Assembly (NCBI RefSeq): GCF_006345805.1
Contig: NC_042999.1
Coordinates: 117,800,001-117,864,000, forward strand
DNA length: 64,000 nt
Direction: 5' to 3'
Source: Octopus sinensis
Lineage: Eukaryota
Numbering within the stretch: position 1 is the stretch's first letter; every line of letters starts with the position of its first letter. Made by a program: the position numbers and the translations under genes. Below, one piece after another: positions 1 through 11,670 of this stretch. The notes beneath the pieces are model-generated. The model searched no databases. It saw only the letters and a program-made list of their open reading frames with translations, and was not told the origin of the DNA.

Positions 1-720
1 GATTTTTCGCAACTCTTATTCTGAACTATATAAAAATATGCATTTTTACATTTGCAAGAAGAGGCATGTACATTCAGAGAAAATAAAGTTTGTCATAAAT
101 ATGAACTGCATTTCATCCAATGTTACAACATCAGGCCCTTCCTGGAGATGAAAGAAAATTAGACCCAAATAAATAAAGGAAACCACAAATCCAAGATGAG
201 TTCTAGCCACCGTTTGTCAGACTCATTTTTCCGCGGCTCGTTTCTTAGATAGAGCTGCAGTCCTGTATCAAGCGTAGACCAAGGTAGGACAGCCAACACC
301 TAGAGTGTTATCAAGAGATCGCAACCATCTTCCGGTCGGACAGTGCGGTCGGTGGTAGTCCAGTTTGATGTTTTGTAAAGGGTTAGCGGAGGGTAAGAGT
401 GATGAAGTTATCGGGGATAGTCTGCACATTGATGAGAATACACTGGGTGGTGTACTCCAAAGAACTTTCAGCGCGGAAGCCATGAAAGTTTTCCAAATAT
501 TTCTGGTCTGGCAGCGCTACTGGGGCTGGAGGCCATCTGCTACTTCTAGATAATCTTTGTAGGCATAGAAGTGGCTTCAGTCGGGTTTGCCTGTGATGTG
601 CGCAGAGCAGCAAAATCGTAGTGCGCGTGCACGTGCAGTGTTCGATCATTGCTTATTGGGAAGCACAGATAGTGTTTATCTGTTTGGTGGCTTTAGGGAA
701 AGATGTGAGGCGAAGAAGAG

Positions 721-818
721 TGAAAATCCGCTTGGAAATGAAAGTGAGGTCGAAGAGACGAAATGCTGCTAAGCATTTTGCCAGGCATGCTAACGATTCT
801 GCCAGCTCGCTGCCTTCA
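721..818 (-). mobile_element. tRNA-derived SINE family M, 5' head fragment
   Basis: Reverse complement reads AAGGCAGCGAGCTGGCAGAATCGTTAGCATGCC, the same head as the copies at 4660, 21470 and 25875. Confidence 0.7.
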
Positions 819-959
819 ATAATAATACAAGTTATGCAGATAGGCAGATTACATACGACATTTAGCCGCATCTCTTTACATATCGAATTCAAATAACTCA
901 GAATCGAAAATTGCCTTTTTGCTTTCCGAGTTTGTTAACATAATATCCAGTCAACAAGT

Positions 960-1440
960 AAAGGTTTAGAATGAGTGTGTAACTATCTATGTTCAACGAA
1001 GTTTTTGCTGCAACGGCAAGATAAGAGTGAAGCACTCGAATATTCAAGGTAATTCGTATTATCTCTAGATTAGGCCCAGACAATAAAATAAGTAACTTCT
1101 GAATATGTAGAAGCGGGAAGAAAATAATCACATTGCTTATTGTCAGCCGTCCTTAGCCAAAACAAAATACATACAGAAGCACCGCAGAGATGGGGAATTA
1201 TACTGAAACTTGTCAACATTATGAAATGCTGACAAGAAAAGATGATATAAATATAAATATAAATGTGAAGGTAATTGAAAAATGATCATATTCTGGAATA
1301 TACCAATAAATATAGAGTGATAGTTCGAAAAAATGTCCCGGATATTGTTATCAACGTTCACCGAGAAAAGAAGTGCCTTCTGAATGAAGTATAATAATTC
1401 CTGACAGAGAAAATTAGAAATGGAGATAATCGAACTTGAA
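960..1440 (+). pseudogene. Decayed R4/Dong-type non-LTR fragment (CCHC knuckle + restriction-like endonuclease region)
   Basis: Aligns by eye to 62820-63180 of the R4 element in this window: AAGTAACTTCTGAATATGTAGAAG vs AAGTAACTGCAGAATATGTGGAG, and ACTTGTCAACATTATGAAAT vs GCTATGCCAACATTATGGAAT. Remnant translation NVPDIVINVHREKKCLL matches the RPDIV..EKKCFL motif. Many stops and frameshifts. Confidence 0.65.
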
Positions 1441-2371
1441 GGAACTGAAAAGGGAAACTTTTTGTAATAATAAATCACTCGAATATCATAAAGCAATGAA
1501 GCACAGAGATAAAATGTATATCAAAACTGCAGGACTTATATACATACACACACTCAGAAAATATAACCACCGCATATACATTACGTATATCACAGTCAAT
1601 ACACTGAAACTAACAATAGAGAAACATGATGTTGGCCAATAGCTTGTTACTTGAATGTATTTCTAACCAAGAATACGAATTGAATCTAGATTTCATGGAT
1701 CCAGTACTTTTAAGTTTGAATCATTATATATGTTTTATTGAGACTCTTGAAAATAAAGCAATCGGATGGGAGCGGATACGCTTTATGCGATTTTGTAAAG
1801 ATCATGCCTCTTCACATCTACTATTTAAGTAAGCAAAGCGAATGGTTTTCAACCAAGATTCCGAAACGGACTCGTCAACGCTTACAATATTTCTTTAGAT
1901 TTTATCGTTTGCTCTACGATGTTTGTCACTTCTTCAATCAATATTGATTCCTGTGAGTATTTTTGTATCCATTGCTATCGATTTAGTTATATTACTGTCA
2001 AAGTGAAGAATTACAAACACCATTGTTTATCTCATTTACACAGTAATTACTATCCCATTTTTTCCAAGTAATATATAAAACTAAACCATACAAATACCTA
2101 CCCCCATCTTTTATATCTACGCATGCAGATACAGGTGAACACATATACTCTGGCACGCACATACATATTATGCATTCTCACTCTATAACACGCACAGATG
2201 AAAATATACAGGCACAAGATAATACTCACACTGCTTTATAGATATACATAGTAAAAAAAAGTGTGGTAGAAAGTTCATTCTCAGAAGACTACGTATCTTT
2301 ACAACATATGAATATACATATCCTTTATGATCGATAGGTGTAAAATATGAATAAATACATATATGCATGCA

Positions 2372-2475
2372 CACATACATACATACATACATACATACAT
2401 ACATACATACATACATACATACATACATACATACATACATACATACATACATGCATACATACATACATATATACA
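2372..2475. repeat. (CATA)n microsatellite
   Basis: Directly visible tetranucleotide array. Confidence 0.95.
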
Positions 2476-3527
2476 TACATGTTACTTGTCTCATTTATTT
2501 CGTTTTCAATTGTCTGACAAGTTTGTTTACTATACTGGCCTTATAGGTTGCTTCTGTTTGCATCTATAGAACGCATGTCTTGCGAAATAATGAAAAATAT
2601 GTAATAATTTGAAATAAAGGTGTACCAAATCAATGCTCATGTTTCGATTCTCTTATTATTGCTGTGCTCTTTGTATAACATCATAACCAACCTTCGACAG
2701 CTGAAGATGTACGTGTACACACGTCAGTGGGAACTTTTCAGCAGTAAACCAAGTACGTCATCTCTGAGGGTCGGGTAGCAACCATGGAGTGTTCTGTCAG
2801 GAGACATTTCCTTTTCACTGCATAATATCTGTCTGTGTAAGGACTGTCTCTGCACAGGGGCCACCCGGACTCCCGCCATTGTCGTGAACAGTAATTAGTT
2901 TTCACCCTTTTCTCATTTCCTCCTTATGGTCTCAATTCGCCACCTCTCTTCATTTAACATCAATCTCACACAGAATCCAACACGAATCCCGCTTTCAACT
3001 TCCCTTCCTTTCCACTCTCACACCTGCACACCACCTAACTCGGTACCCTCACCACACACACCACTATACAAACACCCATACACACTGTTCAAGTCAGTAC
3101 TCACATCACACACCTTCCCACTCCATACATACTAGTACCCAAATCCTCCCACTACCTACAAAACACACTCGCCAATATCCTCACCACACACACCCGTATA
3201 CGAACGCTCTTACACACTGTAAACTCATTACACACACCACACTCCATTATGCACACTCCCCCCCACACATATGCATATATATATACATATATACATACAC
3301 TCCACTTCACTCCACATTTGGCAAAAATTAGTCGTACCTGTAATTCAAAAGCTACTCTTGCCACACTCTGTATCACGCTAAATGTCCCTGAGAACTACTT
3401 TAATAGAGTGCTCACGAGCAGACTGTTCCGTTGATCGGAACAATTTCAACTCTCGTCTTCGTAACCGATGGAGTTCCAGTTATATATCTATATACATATA
3501 TGTAACTAGTTAGCTTGGGAGATAGGT

Positions 3528-3547
3528 AGATAAACAGACAGACAGAC

Positions 3548-3642
<95 letters not shown>
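3528..3642. repeat. (GACA)n/(GATA)n microsatellite
   Basis: Directly visible. Confidence 0.95.
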
Positions 3643-4659
3643 CAGTTATACCACAAATGCGAACTTTTCCTTTCCTGCTATCACGGTTAGTTGACTTGGT
3701 TATCTCTAGCAACAAAACGTGTAGCTTTTCTCAATGTAAAAAGATTAATAACCATCAATAAAAATGGTTAGCGCAAACTAACGAATACTAAATTAAGAAA
3801 TCATATGATGTCTGTTAGTGACCTCATGAAAACTAACAGTTGGAATAAAAAAAAATCCTTCTATGTCAACCTTCTATTAAAATCATTAAGACTATTCAGT
3901 ATTTTCCAGGTATTGAGAAAGTTTTAGTGGTTAAATCGATGAAGTCGAATAGCTGTATTGAGGCTCCTTTAGTAGTTCAGCGTTAAGTATGTAACCGTTT
4001 GAGATAAAGCCTTTGTAAAAAGTTGCTTTGGGAATAAATAAAAAATAGATAAATAAATAAAATATGTAAGTTTGGAAATTTTTACTGAATAACGTAGTGA
4101 GCTCTTAACATCTAAATGACTTCAAATAATTCCTTGTCTTTCTGTAGATATTTAGTTTTACATCCCTCAGATTATATAGTTCTAGAAGAATAGATATAAG
4201 AATTTCCGGAGAAATATCAGTTGGTTTGATAATGAAACAATGTATATATCATGAAAGGACACGCATATAGATTAAAATCCTTTAGTAGGTACATTGAGGT
4301 AAACAGAGATGTCACTTGAACTTAGGAACGTACGTTATGTTAATTTATTTTACAACTATATGTTAATATATAAAACCAAGATACATAAGTATATATTCAC
4401 AAACATTGGACAGAGTGCGTTATAATGGTTTCTGATTCAGGATAAAGGGCACCAAATTTTAGATGACAGTGTTTAGTTGATACAATCGACACCAGTGACA
4501 GAATATATTTTATTGATCGGGATGGAGAGGATGAACGGCAAAGCTGGGATTTGAATTCAGATCGTGAAGATCCAGAAGAAATACTGCAATGCAATTTTAC
4601 GACATTCCTACGATTCTACGAGCTCACCGCTTTATTGTGAGTAATAATTCTTTCTAAAT

Positions 4660-5250
4660 AAGGCGGCGAGCTGGCAGAATCGTTATCATTCCGGGCGAAA
4701 TGATTTGCGGTATTTCGTCTGCCGCTATGTTCTGAGTTTAAATTCCGCCGAAGTCAACTTTGCTTTTCATCCTTTCGGGGTCGATTAAATAAGTACCAGT
4801 TACGCTCTGGGGTCAATATAATCGACTTAATCCATTTGTCTATCCTTGTTTGTCCTCTCTGTGTTTAGCCCCTTCTGGGTAGTAATGAAGTAGGTGTTTC
4901 GTCTGCCGCTACGTTCTGAGTTCAAATTCCGCCGAGGTCAACTTTGCCTTTCATCCTTTCGGGGTCGATAAATTAAGTACCAGTTACGCACTGGGGGTCT
5001 ATGTAATCGATTTAATCCGTTTATCTGTTCTTGTTTGTCCTCTCTATGTTTAGCCTCTTGTGGGTAGTAAAGAAATAGGTATTTCGTTTTTCTTTATGTT
5101 ATGAGTTCAAATTCCGCCGAGGTCGACTTTGCCTTTCATTATTTCGGGGTCGATAAAATAAGTACCAGTTGCGTACTGGCGTCGATCTTATCGACTGACT
5201 CCTGCCCACCAAAATTTCGGGCCTTGTGCCTAGAACAGAGAAAGAAATTC
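4660..5250 (+). mobile_element. tRNA-derived SINE family M, three head-to-tail units
   Basis: A-box-like TGGCAGAATCG and B-box-like GAGTTCAAATTCC. Central GTCGACTTTGCCTTTCATCCTTTCGGGGTCGATAAA...AAGTACCAG resembles the Sauria/Meta-type SINE central domain (from memory). Units recur at 4709, 4893 and 5078. Confidence 0.85.
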
Positions 5251-5254
5251 TTTC

Positions 5255-5451
5255 TAATTTTGGAAAAGGCCGGGACTTTTGAAGTGAGGGAAAACAATTA
5301 CACCGGCCCCTGTACTGAATTGATACTCATTTTATCAACACTGAAAGGATAAAAGGTCTAGATGTATTTCAACTTAGAACGTAAGGAACCGGAGAAACGC
5401 TGTTAAGCTTCTTTGCGCTATGAGCTAACGATATGTCAGCTTACCGCCTTA
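5255..5451 (-). mobile_element. SINE family M, degenerate inverted copy
   Basis: Ends in ...GCTAACGATATGTCAGCTTACCGCCTT, the reverse complement of the family head. Confidence 0.7.
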
Positions 5452-5684
5452 ATATTCGTAATAATAGAAAAATCTTTTTACACGCATTTGGAGCTTAACA
5501 TAAAAGAATTAGGTATACAGAACTGGTACAATCGCAAATCTACTATCGAAGTGAATGTTAAAACAAATATAGACATATGAATATATTTTTTAGGGTGTGT
5601 TCTGGTTTGAGATGTATAATTATACTAACCGTTGTATAACGAAATGAAATTTGTATATTATATTCCAAATATATGTAAATCTTC

Positions 5685-5885
5685 TTTTCTTTTATATGTT
5701 TCAGTCAATTTGACTGTGGCTTTTAACCGAAAAGATCGACCCCAGAACTTATTCTTTGTAAGCCTAGTACTTATTTTATCAATCTTTTTGTCAAACCGCT
5801 AAGTTACGGGGACGTAAACACACTAGCATCGGTTGTCAAGTGATGGTGGTGGTGGGGGGGGACAAACGCAGACACAAACATACAC
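5685..5885 (-). mobile_element. SINE family T (CORE-like), 3' half
   Basis: Matches the 3' half of the full copy at 42333-42824 (TCGACCCC..ACTTATTCTTTGTAAGCC, GCTAAGTTACGGGGACGTAAACAC). Confidence 0.8.
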
Positions 5886-5915
5886 ATGCACACACACACA
5901 CATACACATATACAC

Positions 5916-5947
<32 letters not shown>

Positions 5948-5991
5948 CATATATATACATATATATATATAATATACATATATATATATAA

Positions 5992-6038
<47 letters not shown>

Positions 6039-6039
6039 T

Positions 6040-6098
<59 letters not shown>

Positions 6099-6333
6099 TA
6101 GATGAATGAATTATCCTAGTATGGATAATCCGGTTAATCGATACCTGGGTAACAAATTCACGTCAGTAAAACACAGTTGAAGTTACATGCCAAGGGCAGA
6201 ACCCTGTGTTCGTGTATGGAAATTTGTGTGTTTTTTTATATGAATAAATGAAAAGAATGGAGTCGAACGAAGATGTTAACAAAATTCCTTTACTTTCGAC
6301 ATATGTTTCGAAGACTGCATACTCTTAATTCCG

Positions 6334-6489
6334 ATATAGATTTGATCACAGAGAAAAGGATTCGGTACCAAATTCAAATCAAATTTCTAAATAAAATTCA
6401 AATCTAAACAGAGTTTATATAACGCAATAAAAAGGTACATCATCACTCAGTTCGGTATATTCCGTCTGTTACGTACATATAGCGTCGAC

Positions 6490-6537
<48 letters not shown>

Positions 6538-6641
6538 GTGTGTGTAGGGGTGTGTATGTATATATGTATATATTATGTGTGTGTATATGTGTATACACAT
6601 ATATACACACATAATATATACATATATACATACACACACCT

Positions 6642-6693
<52 letters not shown>

Positions 6694-6849
6694 GACGACG
6701 CTATATGTACGTAACAGACGGAATATACCGAACTGAGTGATGATGTACCTTTTTATTGCGTTATATAAACTCTGTTTAGATTTGAATTTTATTTAGAAAT
6801 TTGATTTGAATTTGGTACCGAATCCTTTTCTCTGTGATCAAATCTATAT
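6334..6849. repeat. 516-bp near-perfect palindrome with 154-bp identical unique arms
   Basis: 6334-6487 is the exact reverse complement of 6696-6849 by eye. The microsatellite interior is also quasi-palindromic, centred on GTGTATACAC at about 6593. Confidence 0.9.
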
Positions 6850-7022
6850 GTGAAAATAAGATGATTCTAGTGGCTTTACACGTTATGTGATACAAAGATA
6901 GTAGTGAATATTAAAAAAAAATTGCAGCGTCAATGCGCCGCGTTTTCCCCTCCAATTATAATGCGGAATTTTCCCACGTGAAGTTAATACAATTAAGTTG
7001 TTCAATTTGAACCACTTTTTAG

Positions 7023-7089
7023 AACCTCTCTGACGAGGTACACTGTACCGGGTCGAAACTGGAAACATAATTATGCCCAATCCGTGGTT
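7023..7089 (+). ncRNA. Type I hammerhead ribozyme-like relic
   Basis: Core CTGACGA at 7030-7036, hairpin GGTAC-ACT-GTACC, GAAA at 7055-7058, stem III ACTGG/CCAAT, triplet ATC, stem I AACCTCT/CGTGGTT (5 of 7 pair). Confidence 0.55.
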
Positions 7090-8312
7090 GCTTTAATATA
7101 AGTCTGGTCAAAAAGCCACATTCAACGGATGGCATTTGTACGTGCTTGGCTCAAATGTAATGCAACGGTCGAAGAAGAATCTGAGTGCGTGGAACTGTCG
7201 ATGTGGGAGATGTCAGGGTACAAAAATTTAATTTCCATTATGAAAGTAGCAGAGATAGGCGAGTGGGACAAGAGATAAAGTTAAAGACGTAGTTTGTAAA
7301 AGAGGGATGTCGTTAGCATGAGTGAGAAAATCTAGTCCAGTTATTTGTATATAAGTTCGCTGGCTGGTGCCAGTGAGAGAGAGATGAGAGGAAATCGTAA
7401 ATTGGAATATAGTAGCGAAAAAACATCTCTGATATGTCGATATATATTCCTTCTTTCAAAGCATATCGCAATTATAATGACTTTGTATTTCTCTCAGTGG
7501 CGTGGATAAAATGCGTACCACCCGGCGTGGTAAGCTAGCTAGGGTAATCAGTTTTCTTGCTATCTTTGTTTGACTTTTGCTTTGATTTATTCCCTATTTG
7601 CTCGTGTTTTAGCTGCATATTAATTGTAATGTTGACACAGGCTTTATTTGTATTAGTATTGTATTTATTATTGTATAACTAGATAGATAATTTGAAAGCG
7701 AAAACAAAGAAATAAACAAAGAAAAAACAAAGAAAATGATATTCAGTCGAACGTTTTATGCCATTAACAAGAGAAGAACACACTTATATTTCAACATAAC
7801 ACACGTATATTTCAACATATCTAGAGTTTGTCAAATAACTAGACATACTGGCATCACAGCAAGAAGTTAACTGCTTTATTAAAATAGTAATATCATCGAT
7901 TAAGTACACCTTCGTGGAAGGTGGTGTATCAGAAACAAAATACTTAATCAACTGATCTGCCACAGATTTGTCAGTCATGAAATGAGGTGGAAATAAAGTG
8001 GAGAAGGGCTATCCAATACCACTCTAAAATAGAGCCTGAAGCCGGAATCGCTTATTGGTTTATATTGTAAGCAATTAATCTTCAGTCTCTGTGTGTGAAT
8101 GTGACTTTAGAGAACACGGAATTATGTTGTTAAGTCTTCCCTCTTGTTTGGAAATTGGAACGTATCTAAAATAAAGTTACATATGAGGCACAAGGAGACA
8201 TAACAAGATGTTAGCTTAGAGCAGTAAACGTGAATACAAGGGGGGGGGGGCACGCACACACATATATAAATAAAAGAGGCCAAAGTATACGTACGCCGCT
8301 ATATATATATAT

Positions 8313-8680
8313 AACCACATGGTTCTGGGTTCAGTCCCACTGTGTGAAACCTTGGGCAAGTGTCTTCTACTATAGCTTCGGGCCGACCAAAGCCTTGTGA
8401 GTGGATTTGGTAGACGGAAACTGAAAGAAGCCCGTCGTATATATGTATATATATATGTTTGTGTGTGTGTTTGTGTGTCTGTATTTGTCCCCCTAGCATT
8501 GCTTGACAACCGATGCTGGTGTGTTTATGTCCCCATCACTTAGCGGTTCGGCAAAAAGAGACCGATAGAATAAGTACTGGGCTTACAAAGAATACGTCCC
8601 GGGGTCGAGTTGCTCGATTAAAGGCGGTGCTCCAGCATGGTCGCAGTCAAATGACTGAAACAAGTAAAAGAGTAAAAGAG
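8313..8680 (+). mobile_element. SINE family T (CORE-like), slightly 5'-truncated
   Basis: B-box GGGTTCAGTCCC, CORE-like CCTTGGGCAAGTGTCTTCT, internal (TA)/(TG) tract, tail (GAGTAAAA)n. Collinear with 42333-42824. Confidence 0.9.
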
Positions 8681-8701
8681 TATATATATATATATATATA
8701 T

Positions 8702-9254
8702 ATAATGCAAAATGGGACAAGAACGCAAAGCATCCGGACAGCCAGGTGATACAAAAAGGGATAATAAAGCATCCAAATTGACGATACAAAGAAGACAAGG
8801 ACGGGTCATTCGAAGTTTTCTTTCCCCTGTGTTGGTGAAACTTTTGTATCTCTGCCGTAAGGCTTCACTCCACACACACCAACTTAATTTAATTCATCCT
8901 TAGCCGAAAGACACCTGTTCTTATGGCCTGTTATTATGTTTATTGTATTCTTTTATTGTATTTATATTTGTGTAACATTGTCCGTTTTTTTCGTCCTTGT
9001 TTTTGTATAGATTCGCTGTTTTCTTCCATGGAATCTAATGCTCTTAGCTTACGTTTTCCTTGGGGCTGGCCAGCTTGAAGCAATCTCAAGAATAATCAGC
9101 CGAAATTGCGAGGATAATCTGGTGCTTGACTGAGGAAAGAAAACTTCGAATGATCCGTCCTTGTTTTCTTTGCATCGTTTATCTTGATGTTTTTTTGTCC
9201 CGTTTTGTATCACCTAGCTGTCCGGATGTTTTGCGTTCTTGTCCCATTTTGTAT

Positions 9255-9257
<3 letters not shown>
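8702..9257. mobile_element. Noncoding repeat with about 120-bp inverted arms (Penelope pLTR-like arrangement)
   Basis: 8702-8824 is the reverse complement of 9134-9257 at roughly 85-90% identity by eye. The 8975-9257 segment recurs at 23070-23375. The family assignment is inference. Confidence 0.55.
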
Positions 9258-9319
<62 letters not shown>

Positions 9320-9336
9320 ATACATATATATATACA

Positions 9337-9394
9337 TACATATGACTGAGTCTCCACAGTTTCTGTCTTGAAAATTGCCTTCATCAGACACTGC
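9337..9394 (-). ncRNA. Type I hammerhead ribozyme-like motif
   Basis: Minus strand reads GCAGTGT-CTGATGA-AGGCAATTTTCAAGACA-GAA-ACTGTG GAGA CTCAGT-C. The core is intact, stem III has a GAGA loop, and the triplet is GTC. Stem II is weak. Confidence 0.55.
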
Positions 9395-9505
9395 CCTCAA
9401 AAGACTGTACCCGAATGTATTCCGAATGTATTGCACCGAGAGACTGAACCTAGAAAATCATTCTTCATTCTGCATTTATATTTTCGCCTTTCTCTATATA
9501 TACAT

Positions 9506-9563
<58 letters not shown>

Positions 9564-10962
9564 ACACACACACGCACACACACACACACACACTCACATA
9601 CATACACACACAGAATGGAGTAGTGAAAAGGTTACAGAATGTTTCACAGATCTCGAATATATAGCCATTTGTTTACTGTCAACCCCAACCCAGCAGAAAA
9701 TTACCATTCCCAAATATAACAAAGTATATATACATACACACACGTACACGTACTCACAAATGCACACACAGGTCTCTCTCTCTCTCTCTTTATATATATA
9801 TAATATATATATATATATTATATATATATATATGTAATATATATATACATACATGTGTGTGTTTATGTGTCTGTATGTATGTTTGTGTGTTCGCGCGCGC
9901 ACACATGCACGTACACACTCACACATGCGCGCACACACTCACACACATATGTATGCATGTTTGTGTATTGTTATTTTGGATTGTTTGGTTATAAAAGCCC
10001 TTATAACGGTTGCAAAACACTTATGGCTGAAGTGGTGAATAAGATTATTAGTATTTGACGAAAAATAAATTAAACTGACATTTACAACGTCATAAATGAA
10101 ATATACTTATCTATTTCTGGCGCGAATTTGCATGAAATAGAATTAAAAACCAATGTGTTTATACTCCAATGTTCCTCTTAAATATCTGATCTTTCTTTCG
10201 TAATTTGGAATGTCAAGTCATGAGTGAAGAGAAATTACTTGCAGAAGAGAGCTTAATTAATCAGGCATCTCTTCGTGTTTTTTTCTCCACTGGAACGTAT
10301 CATAAAAGCGTTTAAAAACAAAGGTTAACTATTGCTTTAAGATAATGCATCATATGAGCAATTAAGTAGGAGTTATGAATGAAATTGACTTGAGGTAGCG
10401 TGAATCAATTATGAAGAGTTAAAGGCAACACACTGAATATATAGAAGTGTTTGTATAAAACCATTCGAAAGATGCTTTAACGGAAATTTACTATTTCATA
10501 GTTGAAGTGTATAATTTACTTCTAGATCTCTTATACTTAAATAATTTGTTTAGATTAATTTTCTTCTTAGACTCTGACGGCAGATGTTTCACTTTTCCTG
10601 AGAGGTGATTATAAAGTTATTCGTCGTAGAGATAACTGTACATTCAGTTTTTTTTTTTACTAGTTCCATTAATTGTGCTTTTGCTAATGGTACGCTCGGT
10701 TACATTAAACCAAATTCGAAAGTATGAAAAAGTGAAGTGGATTCGAACTAAGAACATAGGAGGCCGTAAAGTAAAACCAGAAGATAGTTTATCGATTTTG
10801 TACCGTTTCTCTATTTCCTTAAAGTAGGAACAAACCCTTAAAGATATTTTCATATTCATGCGGTCCTCAAGTACTGTGTCATATATTTGTTGAAATTTTA
10901 TTAGCTGAAATTGGTTATTCTTTAGTACATACATACATACTAAATACATACATACATACATT

Positions 10963-11000
<38 letters not shown>

Positions 11001-11670
11001 CACACACACACACATAATATTATATTGTAGAAATGTATCTTTAACTTTAACTCCGATCGATATTCTCATTAATGAAGGTAATAGGAAACATAGAAGTATC
11101 ACGACAGAGCGTGAGAGTGGGGAGGATTAAACTGGTGGTAAGGAGGAAAAGGTAAAGTCAAATGAAAAGAAAGGGTGTGGGTAAGAAACAAAGAAAGAGA
11201 AATAACCGTAATGCTATTAGATGGCTTGATTTCTATGGCTATCAATTAACAGTCAACCTACGGGAGACAAATACGAAAATGCAAAGTCAGTCCTGAATGG
11301 TTTCAGTCTTAAAACAATTTAAGCAAACTCCTTTGTTCTATCATTCGTATTTACATCTCCAAAATACATTTCTTTGTGCTACGCAGTAAAAATGATAGAA
11401 CGTAAACCTTCATATTGGGATTTCCATAAAATAAAAAGATCTTTCTTAGTCTCTTTAAATTATATTCTTGCGAGCTAATCTTGAAAAGACGGTCTGAAAT
11501 TTCTTTGGTTGTCTTTCTGACGAAGTATTACAGGACGTTAAATAATTATTGGCTGAAATAGTCGATTAGAACTACACAGCTGGTATCGATTGAAATAACT
11601 AGCTACTAACGCGGAGCGCTGCAGAAATTTAATTCAAAAAAGTGATTTTGATGATGTGATATAATAAACA

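Noticed and set aside
7516-7542. Hairpin TACCAC-CCGGC-GTGGTA followed by CTAG (Helitron 3' end-like)
   Set aside because: The following base is not the expected T, no 5' TC end was identified, and the motif is short enough to be chance.
9129-9160. CTGAGGA-AAGAAAACTTC-GAATGATCCGTC as a hammerhead
   Set aside because: GAAT replaces GAAA and stem III does not form. The sibling at about 23283 is no better.
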